A stretch of 64,000 nucleotides of DNA, from contig OZ242041.1 in assembly GCA_965205215.1 (NCBI GenBank), positions 960,001 through 1,024,000 on the forward strand. The letters are read 5' to 3'. The notes under the pieces were generated by a model. It did no database searches. It saw nothing but the letters and a program-made list of their open reading frames with translations, and was not told where the DNA came from. The translations under genes were made by a program, and so were the position numbers. Source of the stretch: Nitrosopumilus sp. (GTDB lineage Archaea > Thermoproteota > Nitrososphaeria > Nitrososphaerales > Nitrosopumilaceae). Shown one piece after another: positions 19,936 to 31,300 of the stretch (positions within the stretch are counted from its first letter, which is position 1; every line of letters starts with the position of its first letter).

Positions 19936-21146
19936 CTACCACGTATCCCGCGCTACGCGCAAGGTTCGGAACCACCGCGTACTACGTGGTGACCATGCGG
20001 GTCTCAGAACTGGTGGGCAGGATACAGTTCCCAGCGAAGCTGCCCGAGTGGGAGGATCTCTCGATTGAGGGGCAGTTTCAGAGAAAATTGGACGTCGGCC
20101 GCATCCGACGCCAGATGGCGCCATACTTTGCGACCGATGAGAGGAGATTCTCAGGCTCGCTTGTGGTGGCCGTGCAGGGGCTGACAGGGAAGGAGTTTGA
20201 GAGCATACGCGACATCACAACGAAACCACTTCCCGCCGCATACGGCACAGCCGCCAGTGACCTCGGGTTCCTGACACTCGACAGCCAGAAGCTCATTCCA
20301 CTCGACGGCCAGCACCGCGCCAAGGCGTTTCAGTTGGCTCTGGAGGAGGGGGACTCAGGGCTTGCTAACGATGGGATCTCCGTGATAATAATGGATTTTG
20401 AGAAGTCGCTCTCGAGGTATATCTTCAACAAGATCAACAAGTACGCTAGGCCGACATCAAAGGCAGGCAAACTGATAACCGACGACGACGACGCCATGGC
20501 GGTCATTACGCGCGGCCTGATAACGGATGAAATAATCCCAAGAAGGCTGGTCAACTTGGAGTCTAACTCACTGAACAAGAACGCGCACCACTTTACGCTG
20601 ATCTCCACGCTGTATGACGCCAGCAAGTCCCTGCTGTCCGTCATGCCGGTCAGGGTCGTGGGCAGATCGGAGGACATGGACCGGAAGGAGAGGGAGAGAA
20701 ACCAGAAGGAGATTGCCAAGGAATGGACCCGGTTGCTCTCTGGCATATCCGAGTGGAGAAGGGCGCTGGAAAATCCGGACAAAAAAGGGGACAATTACAG
20801 AATAAAGATGCGCCAAAAGTCTATCTTGGGAAGGCCAATAGGCCAACTGGCGCTGGTAAGGGGGTATGCGTACGCATATGGCAACACGGAGAACGCTGAC
20901 AAGGACGCGATAGTGGGCAAACTGGACAAGATAGACTGGGGCATTAAAAATGACACGTGGAGGGGTTTGTTGGTGAGGCCCAACAGCCGTATGATGTACG
21001 GCTCCCGCGTGGCGACTACCGCGTCTAAAATGATAGCGCACCTTGTCGGCGTCAGTCTTCCCAAGAACGTACAGGAACAGCTCCTTGACTCAATCCACGG
21101 GGCCGCCCGATCCCCCCGCAGAAAACTTCCAAAGCCCGTGGGCTAG
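19932..21146 (+). CDS. DGQHR-domain (DndB-like, ParB/Srx superfamily) protein
   Basis: FQRKLD..R, literal LDGQHR, F.KINKYA. Confidence 0.85.
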   Translation: MTTTYPALRARFGTTAYYVVTMRVSELVGRIQFPAKLPEWEDLSIEGQFQRKLDVGRIRRQMAPYFATDERRFSGSLVVAVQGLTGKEFESIRDITTKPLPAAYGTAASDLGFLTLDSQKLIPLDGQHRAKAFQLALEEGDSGLANDGISVIIMDFEKSLSRYIFNKINKYARPTSKAGKLITDDDDAMAVITRGLITDEIIPRRLVNLESNSLNKNAHHFTLISTLYDASKSLLSVMPVRVVGRSEDMDRKERERNQKEIAKEWTRLLSGISEWRRALENPDKKGDNYRIKMRQKSILGRPIGQLALVRGYAYAYGNTENADKDAIVGKLDKIDWGIKNDTWRGLLVRPNSRMMYGSRVATTASKMIAHLVGVSLPKNVQEQLLDSIHGAARSPRRKLPKPVG

Positions 21147-21465
21147 TTCCATGTCTACGGATCCGCGAAGGCCTGTAGGTGTAATCCTGCTTAGGTCGCC
21201 CCGCTCACACACACCCGCCGGCTATCTTAAACTCCGTGTAGTCGCATTCGGAGTACGTCGCGTCGTCTCCCCTTGGAGGGGGAGGGGGAACGTATACAGG
21301 CGGCCGCGTCCCAGTGAATGCTTGGGCATAGTTCTTGTCGCAGCGGTAGCGATACTGATGTATTTTTAAGTGGACAATCAATTAGTGAAAAAATTGTGGT
21401 CGGGATACTGTAAGCGTCCCGGTTCGCTCCCTGTCGTCTATGCATGGGCCCGATCCAGCATCCGG

Positions 21466-21549
21466 CTAGGGGCCCTTCGGGCCCATTCCACTCTTTTTCG
21501 AGTTGTTTTTGACTCGATCTTTGCCGCCTGATTCTGTGCCCGTCAACAT
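21466..21549 (-). pseudogene. putative displaced N-terminal fragment of integrase 1
   Basis: Reads MLTGTESGGKDRVKNNSKKSGMGPKGP*; crosses the att repeat in the same frame as VGPKG of integrase 1; TTAAAT at 21576-21571. Confidence 0.5.
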
Positions 21550-21713
21550 GCAGATTCGGGGGAAAGTGAGATTTAACCCTGCTGGTTGGGATCGAGCTAC
21601 TTTCGGGCTCGAACTCTGTGAATCGTAGATCTTGAGAGGCCCCGTTCCCGCCGGACGCTCGCCCGCGTCAGACGGTGATGATTATGTGTGTTTGGTCCAA
21701 ATTTTGCCCTATT

Positions 21714-21890
21714 TTGCCTGCATAAGGATCATTATAACGCATACTACAGTGTAACGCATCACAACGCTTATTTAGTATTTCGTAGGGCGGGATTTTCCCG
21801 CGCGTTATGCCGGCAAGTTTTCCGGCATAACGATCCAAATATTTGCAAAAACCCCGAAAACTTCCGGCATAATGATCCTTATACAGGCAA
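21714..21890. repeat. ~177-bp segment with 22-bp terminal inverted repeats (MITE-like or operator cluster)
   Basis: TTGCCTGCATAAGGATCATTAT (21714-21735) vs rc of 21869-21890, one mismatch; internal direct repeat TTCCGGCATAAYGATCC. Confidence 0.6.
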
Positions 21891-22310
21891 TATACGGCGC
21901 ACAAGGGGCCCTAGCGTGGGGGGGGACGCCTTGTGCGCCGCGGATCCCGCACTGCGGGACGCCCGGGTTCCCGGCGATCGCCCCTTCGGAGGCCGTAGGC
22001 GTCGCGCCCGCGGCAGACGCGGGTGCCGCCAGGATGCACGCGGGGACGGCCACGCCGGCGGCACGGCCGCGGCCGGGCCTGGCACCGCCGCTGGCCCTGT
22101 AGCCATACCGTTTACCTTCACGGCATCGCGCCGCGGGACGGCGCGGGGCCGGCCGCGCCGGAACCAGCCGCGGATCCCGGGGCGGCGCCGGATGCAGGCG
22201 GGAACGCTAGTCGGCACGCCTGGCGCCTCCACTGCGGCCTTCGTCGGGGGGGGGGGGGGTGGTGAGCGGACGAGCGGACGAGCGGGCGTTCGGCATCTTG
22301 GAAGCGGTAG

Positions 22311-25300
22311 GTGTCTGAGATGAGGCGGCGGCCTGCGCGGGCCCTGTGCCTTGCGGTAGCAGTAGTAGCAGCAGCGGCAGCGGTAGCCCTTGTGCCGGAG
22401 GTGCTCGCGGAGCCCGCCCTTGCGCAGACGGATCTGACCCTGACTCCGGCAGGAAACATCCAAGACGCCGGCGATCTCCTGCTTGACAGCCCGCACCACG
22501 TCAAGACCCTTGTGGCCTCCGGCAACACGTACGCCGCGGTGGCCGCGCAGGGTGACAAAGGCGCCCAGATAATCCGGATCACCACCGCCGGCACCTCTGC
22601 CAACATCCCCCCGACTGTAGACGCAGGGAACGCCCAGACCGCAGACGGGGGCGACACGGTAACGCTGGCCGGCACCGTCACGGACCCCGACACCGGTGAC
22701 AGCCATACGTACGCGTGGAGTGTAAGCCCCGCAACCCCCGCCATTACGATGACCAACCATACCTCGCTTACGACCACCTTCACGGCCCCCGAGGTCTCGT
22801 CTGGCACCGAGTTCATATTCGTCCTCACGGTAAACGACGGCACCGTGAACGCGACGGACACCGTCACAGTCACCGTCCGGGGCAGCGCCGCCGACACAAT
22901 CCCCGGGCACGCCTTTGTCACCACCTGGACCACCACTGCCGCCAACCAGCAGATAACGCTGCCCGTCAGCGGGTCCGGCATCATAATCGACTGGGGCGAC
23001 GGCACCCCAGACGATACCGGCGTCAACGGCGCGATCGCCCACACATACGAGGACGCCGGCACGTACACGGTCTCTGTAACCGGCGGCCTCGAGCGGTTCA
23101 ACCTGAACAACGGCGCCAGCCGTACCAGCCTGGCCTCAATCGAGCAGTGGGGCAACAGCTCGTGGACGGACATGAACGGCGCCTTTTATGGCGCCAGCAA
23201 CATGGCATACAACGCCGCGGACTCCCCCGACCTGTCCCGCGTCACCGGTATGTTCAACATGTTCCGCGGCGCCGCCGCCTTTGACGGCGACATATCCGGC
23301 TGGGAAGTCTCGTCGGTAACCGACATGTCCCACATGTTCCGCGGCGCCGCCGCCTTTGACGGCGACATATCCGGCTGGGACGTCTCCGCCGTCACCTCCT
23401 TGAACTCCATGTTCCGCGGCGCCGCCGCCTTTGACGGCGACATATCCGGCTGGGACGTCTCCTCCGTCCTACGCATGAACAAAGTGTTCTCCGGCGCCGC
23501 CTCCTTTGACCAGCCCCTCAACGGCTGGGACGTCTCGCGCGTCACCGACATGTCATCCATGTTCTCCGGCGCCGCCTCCTTTGATCAGCCCCTCGACAGA
23601 TGGGACGTCTCGTCCGTCACCCGCATGTCATCCATGTTCTCCGGCGCCGCCTCCTTTGACCAGAACCTCGGAAAATGGTACGTCACCCCGGGAACCGCAG
23701 ACTTTGACGCCTCCGGCTCCTCGCTCAACGTCACTATAATAACCGCGCAGAACCGGCCGCTGCGCGACCACAGCCCCGCCTACGCCATAGGGACCGGCGG
23801 CGACTCGGGACTCTTTGAGATCGTACGGGGATCCGACACGCTGGCCTTCAAGAGTGCCCCGACCGCCAACAGGGACTACGCGGTCAACGTGACCGCTACC
23901 GGCAGCACCGTCTTTGAGGGTGGCAACAACCACATGACGGTCACCGTGACCGTCTCCGGCGCGTCCGCCGGGATGGCAGTCGACGCCGGAGACGCCCAGG
24001 CCGCAGACGAGGGTGACACGGTCACGCTGACAGGAACCGTGCAGAACGCGGGCGGCTCCGCCACGTACGCGTGGACGGTGAGCCCCGCCACCCCCGCCAT
24101 TGCCATAAACAACGCCGACGCGCTCTCGGCCACCTTCGCGGCGCCCGAGGTCACGACGGACACCGAGTTCGTATTCGCGCTCACTGTAACAGATGGCACC
24201 GACACCGCGACGGACACCGTTACGGTCACCGTAAGCCACGTCAACAAGGCTCCGACGGCGTACGCGGGGCACGACCAGACCGTCGCGCAGGGAGCCACCG
24301 TGCAGCTTGACGGTTCGGGCTCGTCTGATCCGGACGGCGACGACCTCGACTACCGCTGGAGCTCGGTCGGGAATGTTGTCACGCTCACAGACAGAACCAC
24401 CGCAACCCCGACGTTCACGGCCCCCTCCTCTGCCTCAACATTCGTCATCTCCCTTACCGTCGTCGACGACGGGAACCTCTTCGACATGGACAACATCACG
24501 ATAACCGTCCCCGCTCTCCCAGTTGCCAAGGACTTGGTTACGGCCACCGTCCGGGGCAGCGCCGCCAGCACAATCCCCGGGCACGCCTTTGCCACCACCT
24601 GGACCACCACTGCCGCCAACCAGCAGATAACGCTGCCCGTCAGCGGTACGGGCATCACCATAAACTGGGGCGACGGCACCGCCGACAGCACCGGCGTCTC
24701 CGGCCCGACCGACCACACATACAAGGTCGCCGGCACGTACACGGTCTCTGTAACCGGCGGCCTCGAGCGGTTCAACCTGGACAACGGCGCCAACAGAACC
24801 AGCCTGGCCTCAATCGAGCAGTGGGGCAACAGCTCGTGGACCACCATGAACGGCGCCTTTCATGGCGCCAGCAACATGGCATACAACGCCGCGGACTCCC
24901 CCGACCTGTCCCGCGTCACCGACATGACCGACATGTTCCGCGGCGCCACCTCCTTCAACGGCGACATATCCGGCTGGGCCACCTCGCGCGTCACCGACAT
25001 GACCGGCATGTTCTATGGCGCCACCTCCTTTGACCAGCCCCTCGACAGCTGGGACGTCTCGCGCGTCACCTCCATGAGCAACATGTTCCGCGGCGCCTCC
25101 TCCTTTGACCAGCCCCTCGACAGCTGGGACACCTCGCGCGTCACCGCCATGATCAACATGTTCCGCGGCGCCTCCTCCTTTGACCAGCCCCTCGACAGCT
25201 GGGACGTCTCGCGCGTCACCAACACGCACGCCATGTTCCGCGATGCCACCTCCTTTAACCAGGACATATCCGGCTGGGACGTCTCGCGCGTCACCGCCAT

Positions 25301-28300
25301 GAGCGACATGTTCCGCGGCGCCGCCGCTTTCGACCAGAATCTGGGGCCCTGGTATGTGACCCCGGGAACCGCCGCGTTTGACGCCTCCGGCAGCTCGCTC
25401 AACGTCACTATAATAACCGCGCAGAACCGGCCGCTGCGCGACCACAGCCCCGCCTACGCCATAGGGACCGGCGGCGACTCGCACCTGTTCCAGATTATAC
25501 AGGGGTCCGACACGCTGGCCTTCAAGGGCACGCCGGCCCGCAATGGCGATTACCGGGTCAACATTACCGCCACCGGCACCAACGTGTTTGAGGACGGCAA
25601 CAACCACAGGACGGTCACCGTGGCCAGCTTCCTGCCATCCCACGCCTTTGTCACCACCTGGACCACCACCTCAGCCGGCCAGCAGATAACGCTGCCCGTC
25701 AGCGGTACGGGCATCACAATAAACTGGGGCGACGGCACCGCCGTCACCGGCGCGACCTCCCACACGTACGCGGCCGCCGGCACGTACACGGTCTCTGTAA
25801 CCGGCGGCCTCGAGCGGTTCAACCTGGACAACGGCGCCAACAGAACCAGCCTGGCCTCAATCGAGCAGTGGGGCAACAGCTCGTGGACGGACATGAACGG
25901 CGCCTTTTATGGCGCCAGCAACATGGTATACAACGCCACCGACTCCCCCGACCTGTCCCGCGTCACCGACATGACCGACATGTTCCGCGGCGCCACCTCC
26001 TTCAACGGCGACATATCCGGCTGGGCCACCTCGCGCGTCACCGACATGACCGGCATGTTCTATGGCGCCTCCTCCTTTGACCAGCCCCTCGACAGCTGGG
26101 ACGTCTCGCGCGTCACCTCCATGAGCAGCATGTTCCGCGGCGCCTCCTCCTTTAACCAGCCCCTCGACAGCTGGGACGTCTTGTCAGTGACCACCATGGA
26201 CTCCATGTTCTCCGGCGCCTCCTCCTTTAACCAGCCCCTCAACGGCTGGAACGTCGCCGCCGTCACCCGCATGGCCGGTATGTTCAATACCGCCACCTCC
26301 TTTAACCAGCCCCTCGACTCCTGGGATGTCTCGTCCGTCACCACCATGACCGGTATGTTCAATACCGCCACCTCCTTTAACCAGCCCCTCAACGATTGGG
26401 ACGTCTCCTCCGTCACCGACATGTCCACCACGTTCGATACCGCCACCTCCTTTGACCAGCCCCTCGACAGCTGGGACGTATCGCGCGTCACCAACATGCG
26501 CACCATGTTCTACGGCGCCTCCTCCTTTGACCAAGACATATCCGGCTGGGACGTCTCGCGCGTCACCAACATGGACGAAATGTTCGACGGCGCCGCCGCC
26601 TTCGACCAGAATCTGGGGCCCTGGTATGTGACCCCGGGAACCGCAGACTTTGATGCCTCCGGCTCCTCGTTCAACGTCACCGACATAACCGCGCAGAACC
26701 GGCCGCTGCGCGACCACAGCCCCGCCTACGCCATAGGGACCGGCGGCGACTCGCACCTGTTCCAGATTATACAGGGGTCCGACACGCTGGCCTTCAAGGG
26801 CACGCCGGCCCACAGCGGCGATTACCGGGTCAACATTACCGCCACCGGCACCAACGTGTTTGAGGACGGCAACAACCACAGGACGGTCACCGTGGCCAGC
26901 TCCCCGCCATCCCACGCCTTTGTCACCACCTGGACCACCACCTCAGCCGGCCAGCAGATAACGCTGCCCGTCAGCGGTACGGGCATCACAATAAACTGGG
27001 GCGACGGCACCGCCGTCACCGGCGCGACCTCCCACACGTACGCGGCCGCCGGCACGTACACGGTCTCTGTAACCGGCGGCCTCGAGCGGTTCAACCTGGA
27101 CAACGGCGCCAACAGAACCAGCCTGGCCTCAATCGAGCAGTGGGGCAACAGCTCGTGGACGGACATGAACGGCGCCTTTTATGGCGCCAGCAACATGGCA
27201 TACAACGCCGCGGACTCCCCCGACCTGTCCCGCGTCACCGACATGACCGACATGTTCCGCGGCGCCACCTCCTTCAACGGCGACATATCCGGCTGGGCCA
27301 CCTCGCGCGTCACCGACATGACCGGCATGTTCTATGGCGCCACCTCCTTTGACCAGCCCCTCGACAGCTGGGACACCTCGCGCGTCACCTCCATGAGCAA
27401 CATGTTCCGCGGCGCCTCCTCCTTTGACCAGCCCCTCGACAGCTGGGACACCTCGCGCGTCACCGCCATGATCAACATGTTCCGCGGCGCCTCCTCCTTT
27501 GACCAGCCCCTCGACAGCTGGGACGTCTCGCGCGTCACCAACACGCACGCCATGTTCCGCGATGCCACCTCCTTTAACCAGGACATATCCGGCTGGGACG
27601 TCTCGCGCGTCACCGCCATGAGCGACATGTTCCGCGGCGCCGCCGCTTTCGACCAGAATCTGGGGCCCTGGTATGTGACCCCGGGAACCGCCGCGTTTGA
27701 CGCCTCCGGCAGCTCGCTCAACGTCACTATAATAACCGCGCAGAACCGGCCGCTGCGCGACCACAGCCCCGCCTACGCCATAGGGACCGGCGGCGACTCG
27801 CACCTGTTCCAGATTATACAGGGGTCCGACACGCTGGCCTTCAAGGGCACGCCGGCCCGCAATGGCGATTACCGGGTCAACATTACCGCCACCGGCACCA
27901 ACGTGTTTGAGGACGGCAACAACCACAGGACGGTCACCGTCACCGTCACCGGCGTGGCCGGCGCCCCGCCATCCCACGCCTTTGTCACCACCTGGACCAC
28001 CACCTCAGCCGGCCAGCAGATAACGCTGCCCGTCAGCGGTACGGGCATCACAATAAACTGGGGCGACGGCACCGCCGTCACCGGCGCGACCTCCCACACG
28101 TACGCGGCCGCCGGCACGTACACGGTCTCTGTAACCGGCGGCCTCGAGCGGTTCAACCTGGACAACGGCGCCAACAGAACCAGCCTGGCCTCAATCGAGC
28201 AGTGGGGCAACAGCTCGTGGACGGACATGAACGGCGCTTTTCATGGCGCCAGCAACATGGCATACAACGCCACCGACTCCCCCGACCTGTCCCGCGTCAC

Positions 28301-31300
28301 CGACATGACCGACATGTTCCGCGGCGCCACCTCCTTCAACGGCGACATATCCGGCTGGGCCACCTCGCGCGTCACCGACATGACCGGCATGTTCTATGGC
28401 GCCACCTCCTTTGACCAGCCCCTCGACAGCTGGGACGTCTCGCGCGTCACCTCCATGAGCAACATGTTCCGCGGCGCCTCCTCCTTTGACCAGCCCCTCG
28501 ACAGCTGGGACACCTCGCGCGTCACCGCCATGATCAACATGTTCCGCGGCGCCTCCTCCTTTGACCAGCCCCTCGACAGCTGGGACGTCTCGCGCGTCAC
28601 CAACACGCACGCCATGTTCCACGGCGCCGCCTCCTTCAACGGCGACATATCCGGCTGGGACACCTCGCGCGTCACCGGCATGAGCGCCATGTTCCGCGAT
28701 GCCACCTCCTTTAACCAGGACATATCCGGCTGGGACGTCTCGCGCGTCACCGCCATGAGCGACATGTTCCGCGGCGCCGCCGCTTTCGACCAGAATCTGG
28801 GGCCCTGGTATGTGACCCCGGGAACCGCAGACTTTGATGCCTCCGGCTCCTCGTTCAACGTCACCGACATAACCGCGCAGAACCGGCCGCTGCGCGACCA
28901 CAGCCCCGCCTACGCCATAGGGACCGGCGGCGACTCGCACCTGTTCCAGATTATACAGGGGTCCGACACGCTGGCCTTCAAGGGCACGCCGGCCCGCAAT
29001 GGCGATTACCGGGTCAACATTACCGCCACCGGCACCAACGTGTTTGAGGACGGCAACAACCACAGGACGGTCACCGTCACCGTCACCGGCGTGGCCGGCG
29101 CCCCGCCATCCCACGCCTTTGTCACCACCTGGACCACCACCTCAGCCGGCCAGCAGATAACGCTGCCCGTCAGCGGTACGGGCATCACAATAAACTGGGG
29201 CGACGGCACTCCCGCCAGCACCGGCGTCACCGGCGCGACCTCCCACACGTACGCGGCCGCCGGCACGTACACGGTCTCTGTAACCGGCGGCCTCGAGCGG
29301 TTCAACCTGGACAACGGCGCCAACAGAACCAGCCTGGCCTCAATCGAGCAGTGGGGCAACAGCTCGTGGACGGACATGAACGGCGCCTTTTATGGCGCCA
29401 GCAACATGGCATACAACGCCGCGGACTCCCCCGACCTGTCCCGCGTCACCGACATGACCGACATGTTCCGCGGCGCCACCTCCTTCAACGGCGACATATC
29501 CGGCTGGGGCGTCTCCTCCGTCACCAACATGGCCAACATGTTCCGCGGCGCCGCCTCCTTCAACGGCGACATATCCGGCTGGGACACCTCGCGCGTCACC
29601 GGCATGAGCGCCATGTTCAACGGCGCCACCTCCTTTGACCAGCCCCTCAACGGCTGGGACACCTCGCGCGTCACCGGCATGTCATTCATGTTCTCCGGCG
29701 CCACCTCCTTTGACCAGCCCCTCAACGGCTGGGACACCTCGCGCGTCACCGGCATGAGCGCCATGTTCAACGGCGCCACCTCCTTTGACCAGCCCCTCAA
29801 CGGCTGGGACACCTCGCGCGTCACCAACACGGGCGCCATGTTCCGCGGCGCCACCTCCTTCAACGGCGACATATCAGGCTGGGACGTCTCGCGCGTCACT
29901 TTCATGACATCCATGTTCTCCGGCGCTGCCTCCTTCAACCAGCCCCTCAACGGCTGGGACGTCTCGCGCGTCACCAACATGCCTGACATGTTCCGCGGCG
30001 CTGCCTCCTTCAACCAGCCCCTCAACGACTGGGACGTCTCGCGCGTCACTGTCATGTCATCCATGTTCTCCGGCGCCGCCGCATTCAACGGCAACATATC
30101 CGGCTGGGACGTCTCATCCGTCACCGGCACCAACATGAACGGCATGTTCCGCGGCGCCGCCTCCTTCAATGTCGACATATCCGGCTGGGACGTCTCGCGC
30201 GTCACCGGCATGTCATCCATGTTCTCGGGCGCCTCCTCCTTTGACCAGCCCCTGAACTCTTGGAACGTCTCGTCCGTCACCGACATGTCATCCATGTTCT
30301 CGGGCGCCTCCTCCTTTGACCAGCCCCTCAACGGCTGGGACACCTCGCGCGTCACCCGCATGTCATCCATGTTCAACGGCGCCTCCTCCTTTGACCAGCC
30401 CCTCGACAGATGGGACGTCTCGTCCGTCACCCGCATGTCATCCATGTTCAACGGCGCCACCTCCTTTGACCAGAACCTGGGGCCCTGGTATGTGACCCCG
30501 GGAACCGCAGACTTTGATGCCTCCGGCTCCTCGTTCAACGTCACCGACATAACCGCGCAGAACCGGCCGCTGCGCGACCACAGCCCCGCCTACGGGATAG
30601 GGACCGGCGGTGACTCGCACCTGTTCCGGATTATACAGGGGTCCGACACGCTGGCCTACAGGTGCACTCCGACCGGTGACGGCCCGCACCGGGTCAACGT
30701 GACCGCCACCGGCCGCAACGTCTTTGAGGACGGCAACAACTGGAGGATGGTCAACGTGACCTTCTCCGGCGCGTCCGACGCCCTGGCAGTCGACGCCGGA
30801 ACAGCCCGGGCCGTAGACGAGGGCGCCTCGGTCACACTGGCGGGAATGGTGCAGAACGAGAGCTGCTTCGCCACGTACAAGTGGAACCAGACCTCCCCCT
30901 CGACCCCGGCCATACCCATAACCGACAGCGATACGCTCGCCGCCTCCTTCACGGCCCCTCAGGTCACGTCGGACACCCCGTTCACGTTCACGCTCACCGT
31001 AACGGACGGCTCCGTCACCAAGAGCGACACCGTTGTAATCACCGTCCGGGACTCGACGCCCGCAAACAGCGCGCCCATCGCCAACGCGGGGCCCGACCAG
31101 ACGGTAGACGAGAGGGGGGCCGTGGAACTCGACGGCTCGCGCTCGTCGGACCCCGACGGTGACCCCATCACGTACACCTGGACCCAGACGGCGGGCACCC
31201 CCACGGTATCGCTCTCCAACACCACCGCGCAGCGCCCCACTTTCACGGCCCCCGAGGTCACGTCGGACGCCGTCCTCACCTTTACGCTTGCCGTATCCGA

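Larger units (their letters stand above)
5818..21485. mobile_element. putative integrative element (~15.7 kb) with integrase, cassette-like array and defence cargo
   Basis: 13-bp direct repeat CCCTTCGGGCCCA at 5818-5830 and 21473-21485; inner 11-bp inverted repeat GGATCGGGCCC (5842-5852 / 21446-21456); integrase next to the left end; cargo has lower GC than the flanks. Confidence 0.7.

Noticed and set aside
15308-21146. Canonical dndABCDE or sspABCD phosphorothioation cluster
   Set aside because: No cysteine desulfurase, SMC-like DndD or DndE is recognisable; only a DGQHR protein and a PAPS-reductase-like domain are present.
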